Shown here piece by piece: positions 62,457-64,000 of a stretch of 64,000 nt of DNA. The notes beneath the pieces were generated by a model, which saw only the letters and a program-made list of their open reading frames with translations, was not told the DNA's origin and ran no database searches. The position numbers and the translations under genes were made by a program. The stretch spans positions 17,661 to 81,660 of the forward strand of contig CAYMTE010000003.1 in NCBI GenBank assembly GCA_964393325.1, given 5' to 3'. How positions within the stretch are numbered: position 1 is the stretch's first letter; each line of letters starts with the position of its first letter. Origin of the DNA: an uncultured Gammaproteobacteria bacterium. Lineage in GTDB: Bacteria; Patescibacteriota; Patescibacteriia; 2-12-FULL-60-25.

Positions 62457-64000
62457 ATGACTGTTGCTCAAATTCGATCAAAATTCCTCGATTTTTTCAA
62501 GGAAAAAGGACATGCGATCATCCCGTCGGCGTCGCTGCTTCCGGAAAATGATCCGACCGTGTTGTTCACCACAGCGGGCATGCATCCGCTTGTTCCGTAT
62601 TTGCTTGGAGAGCGCCATCCGATGGGAAAACGCCTGGCAAACGCGCAGAAGTGTTTACGAACGGATGATATCGAAGAAGTGGGTGATAACCGACACCTGA
62701 CGTTTTTTGAGATGTTGGGAAACTGGTCGCTTGGCGATTATTTCAAGCGAGAGACGATTGGATGGTCGTTTGAATTTTTGACCGACACGCGTTGGCTGGG
62801 TATTGATCCGACGCGGTTGTATGTCACGGTGTTTGAGGGTGATGCGGATGCGCCGCGTGACGAAGAATCCATTGCGATATGGCAATCGCAGTTTGAAGTG
62901 AAGGGGATCGCGGCCGAGATTGGCGTTGCGGGAATGGATGAGCCGACGACGACGCAGAAAGGCTCGAGGATTTACGCATACCCAAAAAAGAAGAACTGGT
63001 GGGGTCCGGCAGGGATCACGGGGCCATGCGGACCGGATACGGAGATGTTCTACGACACGGGACGATCGCATGATCCGGCGTTTGGCGAGAAATGCCATCC
63101 GAACTGCGATTGTGGACGCTTCGTGGAGATCTGGAATGACGTCTTCATGCAGTACGATAAGCAGGCAGACGGAACATTCGTGCCGTTGGCGCAGAAAAAC
63201 GTAGATACTGGCATGGGGCTTGAGCGTATTGCGGCGATGCTTCAGGGGTGTGCGACGGTGTTTGAAACCGAGATTTTTCAGGGGATTTTTTCGGCAATTA
63301 CGAATGCCTGCGGAAAGACATACGGCGAGTCTGCGGAAACCGACCGATCATTCCGTATTATTGCGGATCACCTTCGTGCCGCGACCTTTGTTATTGGCGA
63401 TCCGCGCGGGGTTGCGCCATCGAACGTGGGGCAGGGGTATATCGTTCGACGACTTGTCCGCCGCGCGATTCGTGAGGGAAAACGACTTGGAATCACGGAG
63501 GCGTTTACGGATCGCGTCGCGTCGGTTGTGATCGGGGAATTTGGAGCTCATTACAGTGAACTTGAGACGAATCGTGAGAAGATCCTTGAAGAGCTGCGAA
63601 AAGAAGAGGAGAAATTTGGGAAAACGCTGGAAAAAGGGATGAAAGAGCTTGAAAAGCTTGTCGCAAAAGGACCGCTTACGGGAGAAGATGCCTTCATGCT
63701 GTTTTCAACGTATGGATTTCCGCTTGAGCTGACAGAGGAGATCCTTCGTGAAAAGGGATCGGTTGTTGATCGCGAGGCATTCGCAGCGGGTTTTAAGAAA
63801 CACCAGGATCTCTCGCGAACGGCGTCCGCCGGGACGTTTAAGGGTGGATTAGCAGATCATTCCGTTGAGACAACACGGCTTCATACGGCGACGCACCTGT
63901 TGCACCAAGCGTTACGAACGGTGCTTGGCGATCATGTCGTGCAAAAGGGGAGTAATATTACCGCCGAGCGACTTCGGTTCGATTTTCCGAATCCAGAAAA
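62457..64000 (+). CDS. alaS: Alanine--tRNA ligase (3'-truncated by window edge)
   Basis: The frame is open from ATG 62457 to the window end, so it is not in the ORF track. It reads [42 protein letters not shown]...[14 protein letters not shown] and later [12 protein letters not shown]. Confidence 0.95.
   Translation, partial: MTVAQIRSKFLDFFKEKGHAIIPSASLLPENDPTVLFTTAGMHPLVPYLLGERHPMGKRLANAQKCLRTDDIEEVGDNRHLTFFEMLGNWSLGDYFKRETIGWSFEFLTDTRWLGIDPTRLYVTVFEGDADAPRDEESIAIWQSQFEVKGIAAEIGVAGMDEPTTTQKGSRIYAYPKKKNWWGPAGITGPCGPDTEMFYDTGRSHDPAFGEKCHPNCDCGRFVEIWNDVFMQYDKQADGTFVPLAQKNVDTGMGLERIAAMLQGCATVFETEIFQGIFSAITNACGKTYGESAETDRSFRIIADHLRAATFVIGDPRGVAPSNVGQGYIVRRLVRRAIREGKRLGITEAFTDRVASVVIGEFGAHYSELETNREKILEELRKEEEKFGKTLEKGMKELEKLVAKGPLTGEDAFMLFSTYGFPLELTEEILREKGSVVDREAFAAGFKKHQDLSRTASAGTFKGGLADHSVETTRLHTATHLLHQALRTVLGDHVVQKGSNITAERLRFDFPNPE

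Overview
This is a 64-kb chromosomal window with about 64 tightly packed protein genes on both strands. I recognised no rRNA, tRNA, CRISPR array, transposase or integrase. Most genes are housekeeping. DNA repair and replication: uvrA, a short uvrC, dnaB, ybaB-recR. Cell envelope: mraZ-rsmH-ftsL-like, murC-murB, a WecA-like transferase, a PBP5-type carboxypeptidase, VanW and a GT4 glycosyltransferase. Secretion: secA and secD-secF. Translation and RNA modification: rplU, hpf, rlmN, mnmA, alaS. One-carbon metabolism: folD, glyA. Also present are pyrD, msrA, two Nudix-type proteins, a HIT protein, transporters and several secreted or surface proteins (cohesin-like, LRR). The gene content and domain architectures suggest a reduced-genome, Patescibacteria/CPR-like bacterium; this is inference, not proof. 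The candidates I consider most interesting: (1) an orphan VirD4/TraD-like ATPase with a Zn-ribbon and a disordered basic tail, paired with a 2-TM partner protein and driven by its own promoter just after secDF; (2) SecD carrying tandem parvulin (PPIase) domains inside its periplasmic P1 loop; (3) a membrane-anchored ClpC-like AAA+ protein with a DnaJ-type zinc finger and a degenerate first ATPase module; (4) a 390-bp highly structured gene-free segment bracketed by a promoter-like element and an intrinsic terminator, a candidate unclassified ncRNA; (5) two diverged paralogs of an uncharacterised protein family; (6) a recurrent TGnTAnnnT extended -10 element sitting 6-12 nt before start codons, implying widespread leaderless or near-leaderless mRNAs, which I used to re-assign many starts. 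All functional calls rest on motif recognition by eye; no database search was run.
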